Shown piece by piece: positions 29,257 to 39,703 of a stretch of DNA of 64,000 bases; the first letter of the stretch is position 1, and each line of letters starts with the position of its first letter. Location: IMG/VR virus record IMGVR_UViG_3300046691_000092, positions 3,541 through 67,540 of that record. One strand, 5' to 3'. A model generated the notes under the pieces. The model ran no database searches. It saw only the letters and a program-made list of their open reading frames with translations, and was not told where the DNA came from. The translations under genes were made by a program, and so were the position numbers. Source of the DNA: a virus.

Positions 29257-29582
29257 GCAAGACCGATCGCGTGCATGAGTTTTTCACGAAGACCGATGAC
29301 CACGCCGCCGAAGATCGCCCCGACGGCAGACACGGCGGCAATCATGCCAATCCCGCGCTGTTCCCATTGCTTCGCTTTGTCGATAAACGGTTTTGCGGAA
29401 TTGACGTCTCTTTCAACAAAAACCGTGCGCAGTTCCAACGCCGATACGGTGCGGGCAAGTTCAACACGTACTGACGCCTCGTGATCAAGCGTCTTTTCGA
29501 TATTTTCGAGTTTTTCAAGTACCGTGCCAAGCGTACGATTAATTTCGTACATCATGGGTGAACTATCAGTCATGCGCGCCAT
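29253..29582 (-). CDS. coiled-coil protein with C-terminal TM (lysis-associated, DUF1515-like)
   Basis: Coiled coil then GIGMIAAVSAVGAIFGGVVIG. Confidence 0.55.
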   Translation of the reverse strand: MARMTDSSPMMYEINRTLGTVLEKLENIEKTLDHEASVRVELARTVSALELRTVFVERDVNSAKPFIDKAKQWEQRGIGMIAAVSAVGAIFGGVVIGLREKLMHAIGLA

Positions 29583-29611
29583 TCCTTTGCTACGGGAAAC
29601 GTAGCGCAAGC

Positions 29612-29944
29612 TTACGGGGTTTGCATACCCCGCGCCGCTTCGACCTGACGTTTCCGATACCATTCGGCGCACCACGTCTTGCGAACATCGTCGGAATCGA
29701 TGGGAAGCTGTTGCCGATCGAACGCATGACGCCACTTTTCGCCGACCTTCGGCGTCACTCGCGCGACATGTTCGGAACAGTACGCCGGATAGTCCGGAAG
29801 GATCGTCGGCGATTCGGCAATGACTTTCTGAACCGTCGGCTTAACGAGCGCCGCGACGTCGCTTTGACAGCCAATCAACATCAGATTGGGTAACAGAAGC
29901 ACCATCGTCAGTGTCTTCCGAAACGGCTTGGTCATAACGGTCAT
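29612..29944 (-). CDS. o-spanin (Rz1-like lipoprotein)
   Basis: Lipobox LIGC; overlaps the 3' end of the i-spanin in another frame; Pro/Cys content. Confidence 0.7.
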   Translation of the reverse strand: MTVMTKPFRKTLTMVLLLPNLMLIGCQSDVAALVKPTVQKVIAESPTILPDYPAYCSEHVARVTPKVGEKWRHAFDRQQLPIDSDDVRKTWCAEWYRKRQVEAARGMQTP

Positions 29945-30272
29945 TGCTTTCCAGTTCCTTCATTCGGGCGGTTTCGACTTGCTGACGGGCTTCGTCGGCA
30001 GCTTCCCGGCTTTGCTGTTCCTCGCGCCGCACCTTGGCCGCGATTGCTTCGGCGGCGGATATCCGGGCGGCAGCTACAAGCTTTTCAGTTGCGACCTTGA
30101 CCTGTTCGTCGGCATAGACGTGTTTTTCACCCGCCGTAAACGACCCGATCACCGGGACGCTTGTCAGGTACGGAATGCGCGCGAAGCCCGGCAGTCCTTC
30201 GTAGTAGAAGATCATCACGAACGCGCCTAGCGCGGCGTATGCGGCGGCTTTGACAGCGGCGATAGGGTTCAT
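29841..30272 (-). CDS. i-spanin (Rz-like)
   Basis: N-terminal TM plus coiled coil, directly after the endolysin. Confidence 0.7.
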   Translation of the reverse strand: MNPIAAVKAAAYAALGAFVMIFYYEGLPGFARIPYLTSVPVIGSFTAGEKHVYADEQVKVATEKLVAAARISAAEAIAAKVRREEQQSREAADEARQQVETARMKELESNDRYDQAVSEDTDDGASVTQSDVDWLSKRRRGAR

Positions 30273-30871
30273 CGTGTCACACACATTTCGCCGTCGCCGA
30301 TACGGGTCGAATCGCCCATGCCGCGACGCTTGACAAGGCCGTCGTAGGTCTTGCCGCCCGACTTGACGTAAAGGGTCGCGAGTTGGCAGCTTGCCTTGTA
30401 ATCCGGAACCTTGCCGAGTCGCTTCGCTTCTTTGATGACGCCGACGGCGCTTGAATTGCACACGCCGCGCGGGCCGATGTTCCACGACAGATCAAGCATT
30501 GATCCACGCCATCCGAGCGGGTGTTTGTCCCAATCAGGGATGCACTTCGGATCAGCCAGCGCCGGACGATAGTCGCGTTCCATCTTGACGGCGACTCGCC
30601 GGTCACAACTTTCATCGGTTTCGCGCTTGCCGGGCGTGACGTCGGTCGTGTCACCGTCGCACACGGTCCAGCGATCCGGGTTCGGCAGCGTGTCGAGATA
30701 GGGCATGTATCGCCGACCTTCCCACGGACCCGTGAGATACTTGATAGCAAGCGCCGTGTCGTCATGGACGACGAAGCCCGACGACAGTGTCACATAACCG
30801 CCGACCGTGGTCGATACGATCACCGCCAACGCGGCAGCGGCGCGAGCGGTGGATTTAAGATTGATCCGCAT
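30269..30871 (-). CDS. endolysin, GH24 lysozyme with probable SAR anchor
   Basis: WEGRRYMPYLD...WTVCDGDT, SWNIG, GLVKRR; Ala/Gly-rich hydrophobic N-terminus. Confidence 0.85.
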   Translation of the reverse strand: MRINLKSTARAAAALAVIVSTTVGGYVTLSSGFVVHDDTALAIKYLTGPWEGRRYMPYLDTLPNPDRWTVCDGDTTDVTPGKRETDESCDRRVAVKMERDYRPALADPKCIPDWDKHPLGWRGSMLDLSWNIGPRGVCNSSAVGVIKEAKRLGKVPDYKASCQLATLYVKSGGKTYDGLVKRRGMGDSTRIGDGEMCVTR

Positions 30872-31097
30872 TCTTCGGAATTCCTCTAACTTGGGCGATC
30901 AGCCGGAAGATATTGGCAAGCAAGGTTGTGACCATCGCCAGCACCGCAAAAGCGCCGGGCGGTATCCACGACGGCAGCGTGTACGGGTTGATCAGTGCGA
31001 ACCATACTTCAAGCGCGCTGAAGATCGCGGCGAGGATGTTCGCCCGAAACTGCCATCCCTTCAGGACGATCCATTTCCAATCTTCGACAAGCCGCAT
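30855..31097 (-). CDS. holin/pinholin
   Basis: MRLVEDWK..., two TMs, RLIAQ end; upstream of the endolysin. Confidence 0.75.
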   Translation of the reverse strand: MRLVEDWKWIVLKGWQFRANILAAIFSALEVWFALINPYTLPSWIPPGAFAVLAMVTTLLANIFRLIAQVRGIPKNADQS

Positions 31098-31102
31098 GGT
31101 GG

Positions 31103-31429
31103 TTAATCCAGTTTCGCGCCATCGCGCCACAGTTGATCAATATCAGCCGGTGACATGTTTTGCATAGCGCCGAAGAAATTCACCGCCCAAAAAGCGCGTT
31201 CGAACGTTTGCGCCGTGAACGACATTTGCGTATTCCACCGAACATCTTCGTCGGGTATCGCTTCGATCATGACCACGAACGCGGCGGGCAGGGTGCCGAG
31301 CGTGACGGCGTCAAGCGCTTCTTGGCGCGTGATCATTTCCCGGTTCGCCAGCACTTGGAAGAACTGGCGACGGCTGATCGACGTGGGTATTTCGACGGGA
31401 AGCGCGCTTCCCCAAAGGCGAGGGGCCAT
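31103..31429 (-). CDS. tail-fibre-associated small protein
   Basis: SISRRQF...IDQLW motif; follows the fibre gene. Confidence 0.55.
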   Translation of the reverse strand: MAPRLWGSALPVEIPTSISRRQFFQVLANREMITRQEALDAVTLGTLPAAFVVMIEAIPDEDVRWNTQMSFTAQTFERAFWAVNFFGAMQNMSPADIDQLWRDGAKLD

Positions 31430-31433
31430 TAGA

Positions 31434-34400
31434 TCAACTCCATTGCAGCGCCACGCCGGAAGCGATGACGTTTTTGTTCGTAAGGGATTTCATACGCCAT
31501 TTCATCGCCGTCCCGGACGGCTGACCGGAAACGCTGACGGCGCCTTCGTACATGCGAATACCGTTATAGTTCATGGTCAACGAAAGCGTTGCAGTCGACC
31601 AAGTCGTACCGCCATCGCGCGACACGTCAACACTGAAGTCGGTGTTCGGGGTAAACGCCACCGCACCGGACAACTGAACGGCGACTCGCGCGGTTCCCGG
31701 CACCGTCGGCGCGGTGTAGTCGATCGACACGAGCGCCATGTTAGAATAATTGGTGGACGCGATTTCCATCATTTCAATTTCGGTCATGCCCCAAACCGCA
31801 CTACCGACGGTCGGGTTGGCGTTCGCAACGATAATCCAATAGCGGTGTGCGCCGACGTCAGGAATGTCAAACGATTGCACGGCTGACCCGAAGGTGATCG
31901 GTAAGGTGACGGCAGTCGTGTATGTGCCGTTGTCGTCGGAATAGCGGACAAGCACGCTCGAAATCGAGTTAGCCGCCGCCAAGTTCTGGACGATATTAAT
32001 TCGCCGGATGGCTCGCGCCGTCCCCAAATCCTGACCGATGTAAGCTTGTAAAGCAACGCCCGTTCCGATCTGTGACGACGCCCACCCGGTGCCGACAGAC
32101 ACGTCACCGTCAAACGCCTTCCCCTTGGCGAACGTCGCACCGCCCCCCGAAGGATCATCACCGCCCGAAATGGCTTGTGCGGAAGACGTCAGATCAGCCG
32201 TGTACACGACCGGAGCAACGTATGGGTTTGTCGGCGGCGTGAAATTGGCAGTCCAGCGTGCGACGTTCGAAATCCGGAATTCATCGAAATAGCCGTTAAA
32301 CCCGCTACTGCCGTCATACCCGGCACCAATGACGCACGCGGCAGCAACGTAGCTGTTAGGGTCGGTGTATGTGGCACCTTCTTGCGTACCGTTGACATAC
32401 ATTCGCAATTGACCGGATGATTTGACAAGTGCCACATGGTTCCACACACCTGCCGCGAAAACAGTCGTACCTGTGATCCGTAGTAACCCGCCCGCGTAAA
32501 CGGTCACGAGCCCGGCCGCGCTCAGTGCGATCAGCGGGTTATTCAAGTTGACGCCGTTTCGACTTTCCCACAAACCCGATATCGCGGTGACCGTGGCAAA
32601 TGGTCGAACCCAAAGATCAACCGTGAAATCTCCGGTTCCGAACGCAAGGTTCGGTGTTGCGGTCGTCAAAATATAGTCGCCGGTTCCGTCGCAATAAAGT
32701 GACGCACCGCCAAATTTTGACTGTGCCGTGCTGATCTGTGCGTTTCCGGTTACCGTCCAAGTTCGGGCCGTTACGGCGTTGGAATCCGTGAAGACGGTTG
32801 AACCGTTCGTTCCGTCCAGATGCAGGATTGCGAGCGTGTTCGCATCAATACCGGTGCCGCTCAAAGCAGGTGCGAAATAATCATTCGCGGCGTCGTAAGT
32901 CGCGTTCACGGTCCCGGCTGGGTCGATGAAATAAGGCGCGGTCGCGGGAACGAAGTTTGCGGGGTATAGCCCGGCCTTGGAAAGTCGGAATTCATCAATA
33001 TAACCGTTCGTGCCGGTTGACGCGTCATATGCGAAACCGACGAAGATTGTCGCGGATGCTCCGATATTCGTCGGGTCCGTGTAACTTACGCCTTCTTGCA
33101 CGCCGTTGATGAACATGCGGGTCGTGCCCGCCACGCGCGAAACAGCGACGTGATACCAAGTCCCGGCAGTGATAACGGTCGTTCCGGTGATTCGAATAGC
33201 GCCGTTCGTGTTGAAGATGAACAGGTTAGCGGAGCTTACGAAAATTACCGGGTTATTCGGCACGGCGGCGGAACGCGGTTCAAATATGACCTGTTGCACG
33301 CCGACGGCGGCGGGGCGATACCAGAAATCGACCGTATAATCACCGGTGCCGACCGCAAATTCACTCGGAAACGGAACCGCGATAGCGTCGCCGGTGCCGT
33401 CCAACAGGAGCGACGCGCCTCCGAATTTTGATTGCGCCGTGCTTATTTGAGCGTTGCCCGCGACGTTCCACGTTTTCGGGCTAAGCGAACTGTCAATGAT
33501 CGCCGTTGAACCGTTCGTTCCGTCCAGATGCAGAATGGAAATCGTCGTTGGGTAAATGCCGCCGTTGCCGTACACCACGCCCGTTTGATCATCGAACGCA
33601 TCGGCAACGCCGCCGTTCATGCCCTGACGCTGACCCTTGATGTCCGCGATTTCTAGCGCGAAGATAGAATCGTTCTTTCCACCGGCTGTTGTGACAGCTT
33701 CAATTGCCGCCTGAACGGTCGCCGGGTTACCGGGAAGGTTCGCAATAGCGTTGTTGAAAGACACGGTCGCGGCAGTCTGACCAAGCCACGTCCGGAATTC
33801 GGAAGGCGTTGCGGCCTTGATCAACTTGCCGGTCGTGGTGTCGAACATTGCAGCGTTACCGTCAGGGACGCCGTTCGGGCCAACGACGTCACCCGTACCC
33901 GTACCGTCAATACCCTTGATAGCCACGAGTTGCCAATATGCGTTTGACGTCGTTGGCAGGGTCGGCGGCGCGTTGCCCGTGGTCGACTGAAGCGCGACGA
34001 AGGTCGAACCATTGTAAAGAACTGCATCAGTCGCGACGTATGCGGTCACTGCCGAGTAAGTGCCGCGCGGGTTCATGCCGGTAAGACCGGTTGCGCCCCG
34101 GCTGACAAGCTGACCCCATGTCGCGCCCGCAACCGGCGTAACGTTCGTGTTGCTCGCCAAGGCGATGAAGGCCGCACCGTTGTAGAAAACTGCATCGTCT
34201 TCATGGTAGGTGGTCGCGCCGCTCCATGTCCCGCGCCACGTCATGCCGCGCGGACCGGTGATAAATGCCGGTGCCGACCAATCGCCGACGGCGACGGAAA
34301 GCTTTGTGAAGACCGCCGATCGACCATCACCCATGTCAGACACGAGAACCACGAACCCGGTAGCTTCGTTGTCGTAATCGTCGCGATCCGACAGGGTGTC

Positions 34401-34826
34401 AACCTGACTATCAAAGTGAACGCCGTTGATCAGGTCTTGCTTTGACAGAAGCCCCATCGCGCCCGGCCCGGTGAAGTACGGCACGGTGTCGGTCGTGGCG
34501 GAAAGCCCGGCGAACGCGTAAAGGTTGCCCGACTGCATCCGTTCAAGAAGTTGACGGGTGGTTTCCTGAACGCGGCCCTGATCCGACTGAAAGCGGATTT
34601 CATACGCGCCGGTCGCTTGCGTCGCGCCCGGCCAATCGTACGCAAGGGTAATGTGGGTATTGTCAACGACCGTGAGAACGCGGACCGATTCGCCCGACGG
34701 TGACCAAAAGAAGTCACCCGGCAGAATGGTGTTCAGCCACATGGTGCCCGTACCGACGACGTCCGGCGAACCGTTCGTGCAAACCGCCGTGCCGTCCGTG
34801 TACGTCGATGGTAGAATAACCGCCAT
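31434..34826 (-). CDS. tail fibre / receptor-binding protein with CBM-like repeats, two LamG/ConA domains and a discoidin-like domain
   Basis: YTDGTA..TNGS..V.GTGT.W N-terminus; RGTW/Y..TTY repeats; two LHLDGTNGST...KFGGASL...DFW/DLW...W.HVA...GY.DEFR units. Confidence 0.85.
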   Translation of the reverse strand: MAVILPSTYTDGTAVCTNGSPDVVGTGTMWLNTILPGDFFWSPSGESVRVLTVVDNTHITLAYDWPGATQATGAYEIRFQSDQGRVQETTRQLLERMQSGNLYAFAGLSATTDTVPYFTGPGAMGLLSKQDLINGVHFDSQVDTLSDRDDYDNEATGFVVLVSDMGDGRSAVFTKLSVAVGDWSAPAFITGPRGMTWRGTWSGATTYHEDDAVFYNGAAFIALASNTNVTPVAGATWGQLVSRGATGLTGMNPRGTYSAVTAYVATDAVLYNGSTFVALQSTTGNAPPTLPTTSNAYWQLVAIKGIDGTGTGDVVGPNGVPDGNAAMFDTTTGKLIKAATPSEFRTWLGQTAATVSFNNAIANLPGNPATVQAAIEAVTTAGGKNDSIFALEIADIKGQRQGMNGGVADAFDDQTGVVYGNGGIYPTTISILHLDGTNGSTAIIDSSLSPKTWNVAGNAQISTAQSKFGGASLLLDGTGDAIAVPFPSEFAVGTGDYTVDFWYRPAAVGVQQVIFEPRSAAVPNNPVIFVSSANLFIFNTNGAIRITGTTVITAGTWYHVAVSRVAGTTRMFINGVQEGVSYTDPTNIGASATIFVGFAYDASTGTNGYIDEFRLSKAGLYPANFVPATAPYFIDPAGTVNATYDAANDYFAPALSGTGIDANTLAILHLDGTNGSTVFTDSNAVTARTWTVTGNAQISTAQSKFGGASLYCDGTGDYILTTATPNLAFGTGDFTVDLWVRPFATVTAISGLWESRNGVNLNNPLIALSAAGLVTVYAGGLLRITGTTVFAAGVWNHVALVKSSGQLRMYVNGTQEGATYTDPNSYVAAACVIGAGYDGSSGFNGYFDEFRISNVARWTANFTPPTNPYVAPVVYTADLTSSAQAISGGDDPSGGGATFAKGKAFDGDVSVGTGWASSQIGTGVALQAYIGQDLGTARAIRRINIVQNLAAANSISSVLVRYSDDNGTYTTAVTLPITFGSAVQSFDIPDVGAHRYWIIVANANPTVGSAVWGMTEIEMMEIASTNYSNMALVSIDYTAPTVPGTARVAVQLSGAVAFTPNTDFSVDVSRDGGTTWSTATLSLTMNYNGIRMYEGAVSVSGQPSGTAMKWRMKSLTNKNVIASGVALQWS

Positions 34827-35062
34827 TACTCTTTGTTCCTTGCGTTGCCGATTTCGGCAAGTTCAATATTGAGGTTCTGAATCTCTTCGCGATCGGCTTT
34901 CGCCGTATTTTCCAGCGCCGTCACCGTCGCGCGCAATTCCGTGATTTCTGCCGTCATATTCACAACCAATTGCGCAAGCACTAAGGCGCGCTGTTGCGTG
35001 AATTGATGAAGCGCTGCCGCTTCACTAAGTCGGACGGTGTCAGAAATCTTGATATCGCTCAT
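34826..35062 (-). CDS. small coiled-coil tail protein
   Basis: Position and heptad pattern. Confidence 0.5.
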   Translation of the reverse strand: MSDIKISDTVRLSEAAALHQFTQQRALVLAQLVVNMTAEITELRATVTALENTAKADREEIQNLNIELAEIGNARNKE

Positions 35063-35100
35063 GCTTCGACAATTATCATGCACTTCCGGGGAATGGATAG

Positions 35101-36624
35101 TTACACCGGAATCCCGAAAATGTAATATCGAATGCCGACGATCGGCGTTTCGTCAAATTCGTTCACAAGCTGATATCCGGGGTTAACTTGCGTCTGTTCA
35201 AGATACCGGCGCGTCGGGGCACCGACGAAAGTGAAAAAGCGTGCTTCGTTGGTGGTCAATCGGCAATAACTGGAATCGCCGCCCGTGTAATAGCTCTTTC
35301 CGGCGCTTGGTGGCTGGACATACCCGAAGCTCGTGTAAGGCATACGGACGCGACGGCTGACCGTCGTGGAACCTAGCGACGTGATAGTTCCGCCCCCGTG
35401 GACCGTCCAATATTTGATGAACGGGAATAGCCCGGAACTATCAAAAGAAACGACGTTCTGAAGCGATCCGGACCCGATACCGATGTAACCTTCCTTGACG
35501 ATCTGAAGCACCGGCAAGCGGCTATCAATCATGATGTCGGAAAGGCGCGGCGGGTTGGCCGCACCGGGGCGGAGAAATTGCACGACGTCCCGCGTACCGT
35601 CGTTGAACTGCCTCAAGACCTTATTCGATCCGCTGGAAATCGAACCGTCGTCTTGAGCGTAAACGATGAACCGCGCCCGACATGTACCGTACGGGTTGGA
35701 GAAAATGATACTGTTGCCCGATACGGTGTAATCAGCGCCATATTGCGTTTCGTCGCTAAGCGGGCTGCTAGGGAAATAGACGGTCGACCCTTGATAGAAA
35801 ATGATGTCAACTACCAGTTCCCCGGAAATGACCACGCCGGGCAAGGAAACCGTGTAAGAACTGCTACCGGACGGAATTAGAATGTCATCCGCCGCGATTA
35901 CCTTTGCGGGTCGTGATGAACTGTCGAATGCCATTTGTGAAGGTGTCGCCACCCGCACGTCATAGCCCGGCTTCGACACCCGGCAAAAGTTCTTGGTGAT
36001 CTGAACGTTCATCTGACCGGGCACCGGCGAAAGCGCCTGATTGATGATCGGCGAGGAGTCGGCGGGAAGATTCCACATGAGCAATTTGATATTGTTCGGC
36101 TGTTCGCTGTTCATGCGGAATTCGCCGCCGTAGCTCATGAAGAACCCGCCGCCGAAGCCTGAAACGCTGGCGTTTTCCATCCACCCGACACTACCGCCTT
36201 GCGGCTGACGGTAAATCCCGGCGCGGTCCTGCCAACCCAAAAAGGCGAGCGACACGCGTCCGCCTACATACCATCCGCTGCTAGGGCTGACATATTTCAC
36301 ATCGAACGCCGGGAAGTTATATTCCAGTCCGGAAAAATGACTATTTCGATAGAAATTGTATTGTTGGCCGTTGTTGCTGACCTTGTTTGAAAAGCGGGTG
36401 AAGTTCGAATTGCCCGCGCCGCCCGGTAAGTATGAGCTTCCGGCACCGCCAAGCTGCGACACGAAGTCGCTTCCCTGATAGCGAAGTTGCGCCGCCCATT
36501 TCGAGTTAAACCGGAATTTCCCGGATTGACTATCGGGCGTGGTCTTCGGATCGTCCGCCGTGCTTTGCATGATCTTAATACACGCGGTCCCCGTGTAATC
36601 AAGGCCGATTAATGTTCTTGGCAT
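35101..36624 (-). CDS. tail tip / baseplate-associated protein
   Basis: Beta-rich; RVSKPGYDV..A...MAFDS motif; IRYYIFGIP end. Confidence 0.65.
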   Translation of the reverse strand: MPRTLIGLDYTGTACIKIMQSTADDPKTTPDSQSGKFRFNSKWAAQLRYQGSDFVSQLGGAGSSYLPGGAGNSNFTRFSNKVSNNGQQYNFYRNSHFSGLEYNFPAFDVKYVSPSSGWYVGGRVSLAFLGWQDRAGIYRQPQGGSVGWMENASVSGFGGGFFMSYGGEFRMNSEQPNNIKLLMWNLPADSSPIINQALSPVPGQMNVQITKNFCRVSKPGYDVRVATPSQMAFDSSSRPAKVIAADDILIPSGSSSYTVSLPGVVISGELVVDIIFYQGSTVYFPSSPLSDETQYGADYTVSGNSIIFSNPYGTCRARFIVYAQDDGSISSGSNKVLRQFNDGTRDVVQFLRPGAANPPRLSDIMIDSRLPVLQIVKEGYIGIGSGSLQNVVSFDSSGLFPFIKYWTVHGGGTITSLGSTTVSRRVRMPYTSFGYVQPPSAGKSYYTGGDSSYCRLTTNEARFFTFVGAPTRRYLEQTQVNPGYQLVNEFDETPIVGIRYYIFGIPV

Positions 36625-39290
36625 TAGCTGTAAATCTCGATTGTTCCGACTTCGATGTTGATCACCATTTTACCGGTCGGGCTCGTGATCAAACCGGCGT
36701 TGACCGTGCCGATGTTGGCGACGTTCAGCGTTAGTTCACTGTCCTGAAAAATCAAAGGACTTTGTTTCGTGACCGGGTCGTCAGGATCGGCAACAACGAA
36801 CTGATCGGCGAGGATGACCACGCGCGACGGATCGGCGGTGTTGACCGGGACGTCAATGAAAAGCCCGGCAGATTTGAACACGCCCGCGCCACCGGCGCGC
36901 GCTTCCATCGCGATACGTGCGGCAACCCCGGCTGACCCGGCGCTAGCCGTCATGCGGAAATTCGCCGTCGCCGTGTCGCCCGCAACGTTCGCGGCAGAAA
37001 GCGCCGTGATCGCCTGTGACAATGCGTTGCCTTGGGCGTCGATTTCAGCCGACAACGATTCGATTGCCGTCGCCACCACGTCGTTTACATAGGTGGTCAA
37101 TTCTTCGATACGGAGCGATAGCGCGGAATTCGGGCCGGTCGCAACGATGATCGAATTCGTATAGCTCGCCGTCACGCCTTGCTGAACGCTGACAAGCTCC
37201 GTACGCAGCTTTTGCCGATCGGTGTAATCCCCGAAGTCCTGATCCATCGTCAGGCGCGCAATGCGCTGTTGTTCAAGGATCGTCTGTCGGACGCCGTCAC
37301 GAACCCACTTCGTCGCGTCGCTGACCAGATCGTTGACGCCGTCAAGGATACCCGGCAAGTAAACATCTTTTTCGCCGATCAGGACGTTAGGTGTACGAAC
37401 GTCCAGCCAATCCGACCATTGCGTTTGACGGTCAGTGAACGGCACGAGAATGCCGCGCGCCTGATAATCGGTGTTCGGTAAAAACTGTCCCTGAAGCACG
37501 ACGGACGGCGCGAGAACAAGCGGGTCATAAGGAACCTCGCCGTCAAACATGATATCAGTCGAGCCATCGAGTCGCACCTGAACGCGGACCCGCGCGACGT
37601 CGGTCAGTTCACCGGCAAAGAATACCTGAATGGACGGGCGGCGGTCGTCGCCGTCGTTGTCCTTGATGATCGCGGGAAGAACCTGCCAACCCTGCATTGG
37701 TTGCGGAGCGGGGAAGCTTGGCAGCAACGGAACCGTTTCATAGGGCAGTTCGTCCGTTTCCGGGTTCCAATCGTAATCGGACGGGTCGTTTTCCCTGATC
37801 GTGGTATCTTGCACGAGCGACGAACCGCCCGTGATCGCTTCAAGGTCAAACGCCTTGTTGATATAGCCGTTGTGTGCCGATGACCACGAAACCACGTCTA
37901 GCGGTTCAAGTAACCATGCTTCGGGCGGCAAGGCATGTTGGTGGCGGCGGAAACGTCGACCGTTCTTCAGTGCCGCCGCGCCGAGACGTTGCGCCGTCGG
38001 GTTGCTCAAAGTCCACGGCAACGAAACCGACATGGGCAGTTCGCGGTTATCGTCGCTGGCGATCATTGTCGCGTCGCGGCGTTCCGGCGATTCCTTGCTT
38101 GTCCATTTTTCATTCGGTTCCGTGTAGGTCAGCCGAATGATGTTGTATGTTTCTTCAAGGCCGGGGAAGGGTGAGTAACCTTGCTCGCGGCTGATGATAA
38201 CGTTATCGTCGGTGAACGCGAAGATCGGCGCACCGGGCGGACCGACACGGACCTTGTAGACGCCGCCGATTTCGGCGATCAGGCCGGACGCGCCGCGCAA
38301 CAGTTCCTCTACCGACTTCGCGGGTTCGACGTCGCATTCAATAATGCCGCCGCCGTGGAATTGCGGTTCGCTGCCGACAATGACGTCACACGCATTCAGC
38401 GCTGCCATCCACGACGCGGCGGGAAGCCGGAACGCGGGCCAATTCTGACCGCCGTAAACCCATTCGTTGCCGTAGTAGATACCGCGCATGACGTTGTACG
38501 CACGCACCATGTTGTTGTTTGACGCTTCCCACGTCGCCGGGTTATTCCAGCGGTGCGCGCCCGATCCGCCGACGGATGAATCCTTGCGGATGTCGTAAAG
38601 CTTGATCGACGGAATTTCGAAGGTCAGGCTAGGGAAGCCACCGGCCCACAAGCCGTTGTTCTGGTAACGCGCGGTGAACGTCGCATAGCACACGCCGCGC
38701 CCGACCATGTCGCCGAGCCAAGGGTAATCGGGGTGCGTGCCGAACTTCGCGGTCAGATACGGGTTGACTGTCGTTTGCGTGCCGTCGAAGAAGTCAACCC
38801 ACGCGTAATCCTGACCGTCCCGACGATATTCAAGGATCGGCCAACCCATCGCCGTTTTAGAATCGCCGAACAGGATCGTAACGCGCTGATCGTTCGCCCA
38901 CAGGACGAAATTGCTAGACGCAACCGGAAGCGCCGACAGTGCTATGACGTCAACGGCGTATTCGTTCGGGGTCTTGCCGTTCGCCCACGAGCCACAATAA
39001 ACACGAACGCCCGATGTCGCGGTGTAACCGGTCGGGAAGAATAGCGAGTTGTCGCCACCCACCTTCAACTGAATGCTTGTGCCGGGGTCTTTCTGACCGG
39101 GTTGTTTCTTGGTGAATAGCCCTTTGAGCAGACTCGCGCCGACGGAAATCGCCATGCCGATCACGGCTTTGACAAGGAAACCGCCGATCGCACTTGATGC
39201 AAACGCACCGACCGCCGCGACGACAGGACCGGCTTGCGCCGTCTCTGTCAATGCCAGAAGCGCGACAATGACCCAAAGGATAAAGTTCAT
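36624..39290 (-). CDS. central tail tip (host-specificity J-like) protein
   Basis: KLYDIRKDSSVGGSGAHRW...SNN; FN3-like region; C-terminal DUF1983-like ADQFVV. Confidence 0.8.
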   Translation of the reverse strand: MNFILWVIVALLALTETAQAGPVVAAVGAFASSAIGGFLVKAVIGMAISVGASLLKGLFTKKQPGQKDPGTSIQLKVGGDNSLFFPTGYTATSGVRVYCGSWANGKTPNEYAVDVIALSALPVASSNFVLWANDQRVTILFGDSKTAMGWPILEYRRDGQDYAWVDFFDGTQTTVNPYLTAKFGTHPDYPWLGDMVGRGVCYATFTARYQNNGLWAGGFPSLTFEIPSIKLYDIRKDSSVGGSGAHRWNNPATWEASNNNMVRAYNVMRGIYYGNEWVYGGQNWPAFRLPAASWMAALNACDVIVGSEPQFHGGGIIECDVEPAKSVEELLRGASGLIAEIGGVYKVRVGPPGAPIFAFTDDNVIISREQGYSPFPGLEETYNIIRLTYTEPNEKWTSKESPERRDATMIASDDNRELPMSVSLPWTLSNPTAQRLGAAALKNGRRFRRHQHALPPEAWLLEPLDVVSWSSAHNGYINKAFDLEAITGGSSLVQDTTIRENDPSDYDWNPETDELPYETVPLLPSFPAPQPMQGWQVLPAIIKDNDGDDRRPSIQVFFAGELTDVARVRVQVRLDGSTDIMFDGEVPYDPLVLAPSVVLQGQFLPNTDYQARGILVPFTDRQTQWSDWLDVRTPNVLIGEKDVYLPGILDGVNDLVSDATKWVRDGVRQTILEQQRIARLTMDQDFGDYTDRQKLRTELVSVQQGVTASYTNSIIVATGPNSALSLRIEELTTYVNDVVATAIESLSAEIDAQGNALSQAITALSAANVAGDTATANFRMTASAGSAGVAARIAMEARAGGAGVFKSAGLFIDVPVNTADPSRVVILADQFVVADPDDPVTKQSPLIFQDSELTLNVANIGTVNAGLITSPTGKMVINIEVGTIEIYS

Positions 39291-39703
39291 ATCTTGAAAA
39301 CCGATTCCGCGTCCAACAAACCGAGCGTTCCGACCCCGTCGGGACGACGGAAAAAGATGCGCTCGCCGTTGACTATACCAAGGGAATACCCCAATGGCGA
39401 GTTGTCCGGAATACAGGCTATGTCACCGGTGTAACCCATTGACGGGTGAACAGGTTCACCGAGAAACGACGCGACGGCTTGCTTCAGATCGGAGAACCCT
39501 AATTCCTTCATCTTCCGGATCGCCCCGGCGCGCGTGGAATAGGTGCCGATGTATTCTTCAACGGGGTTCGGCTCGCCGGTCAAGACCGTGACATTACGCC
39601 CGGCGAACGACGGCCCGCAATCGGAACCCCATTCAAACGGAGCGCGGCGCATTTCTTCAATGAACGCGACGAAACGGGAATGCCAGTCAGGTAAACGTTT
39701 CAT
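39287..39703 (-). CDS. NlpC/P60-like tail assembly protein
   Basis: RLPDW...PFEWGSDC...GDIA. Confidence 0.7.
   Translation of the reverse strand: MKRLPDWHSRFVAFIEEMRRAPFEWGSDCGPSFAGRNVTVLTGEPNPVEEYIGTYSTRAGAIRKMKELGFSDLKQAVASFLGEPVHPSMGYTGDIACIPDNSPLGYSLGIVNGERIFFRRPDGVGTLGLLDAESVFKI

Noticed and set aside
31434-36624. Diversity-generating retroelement acting on tail genes
   Set aside because: No reverse transcriptase and no adenine-variant TR/VR pair seen; the repeat is a domain duplication
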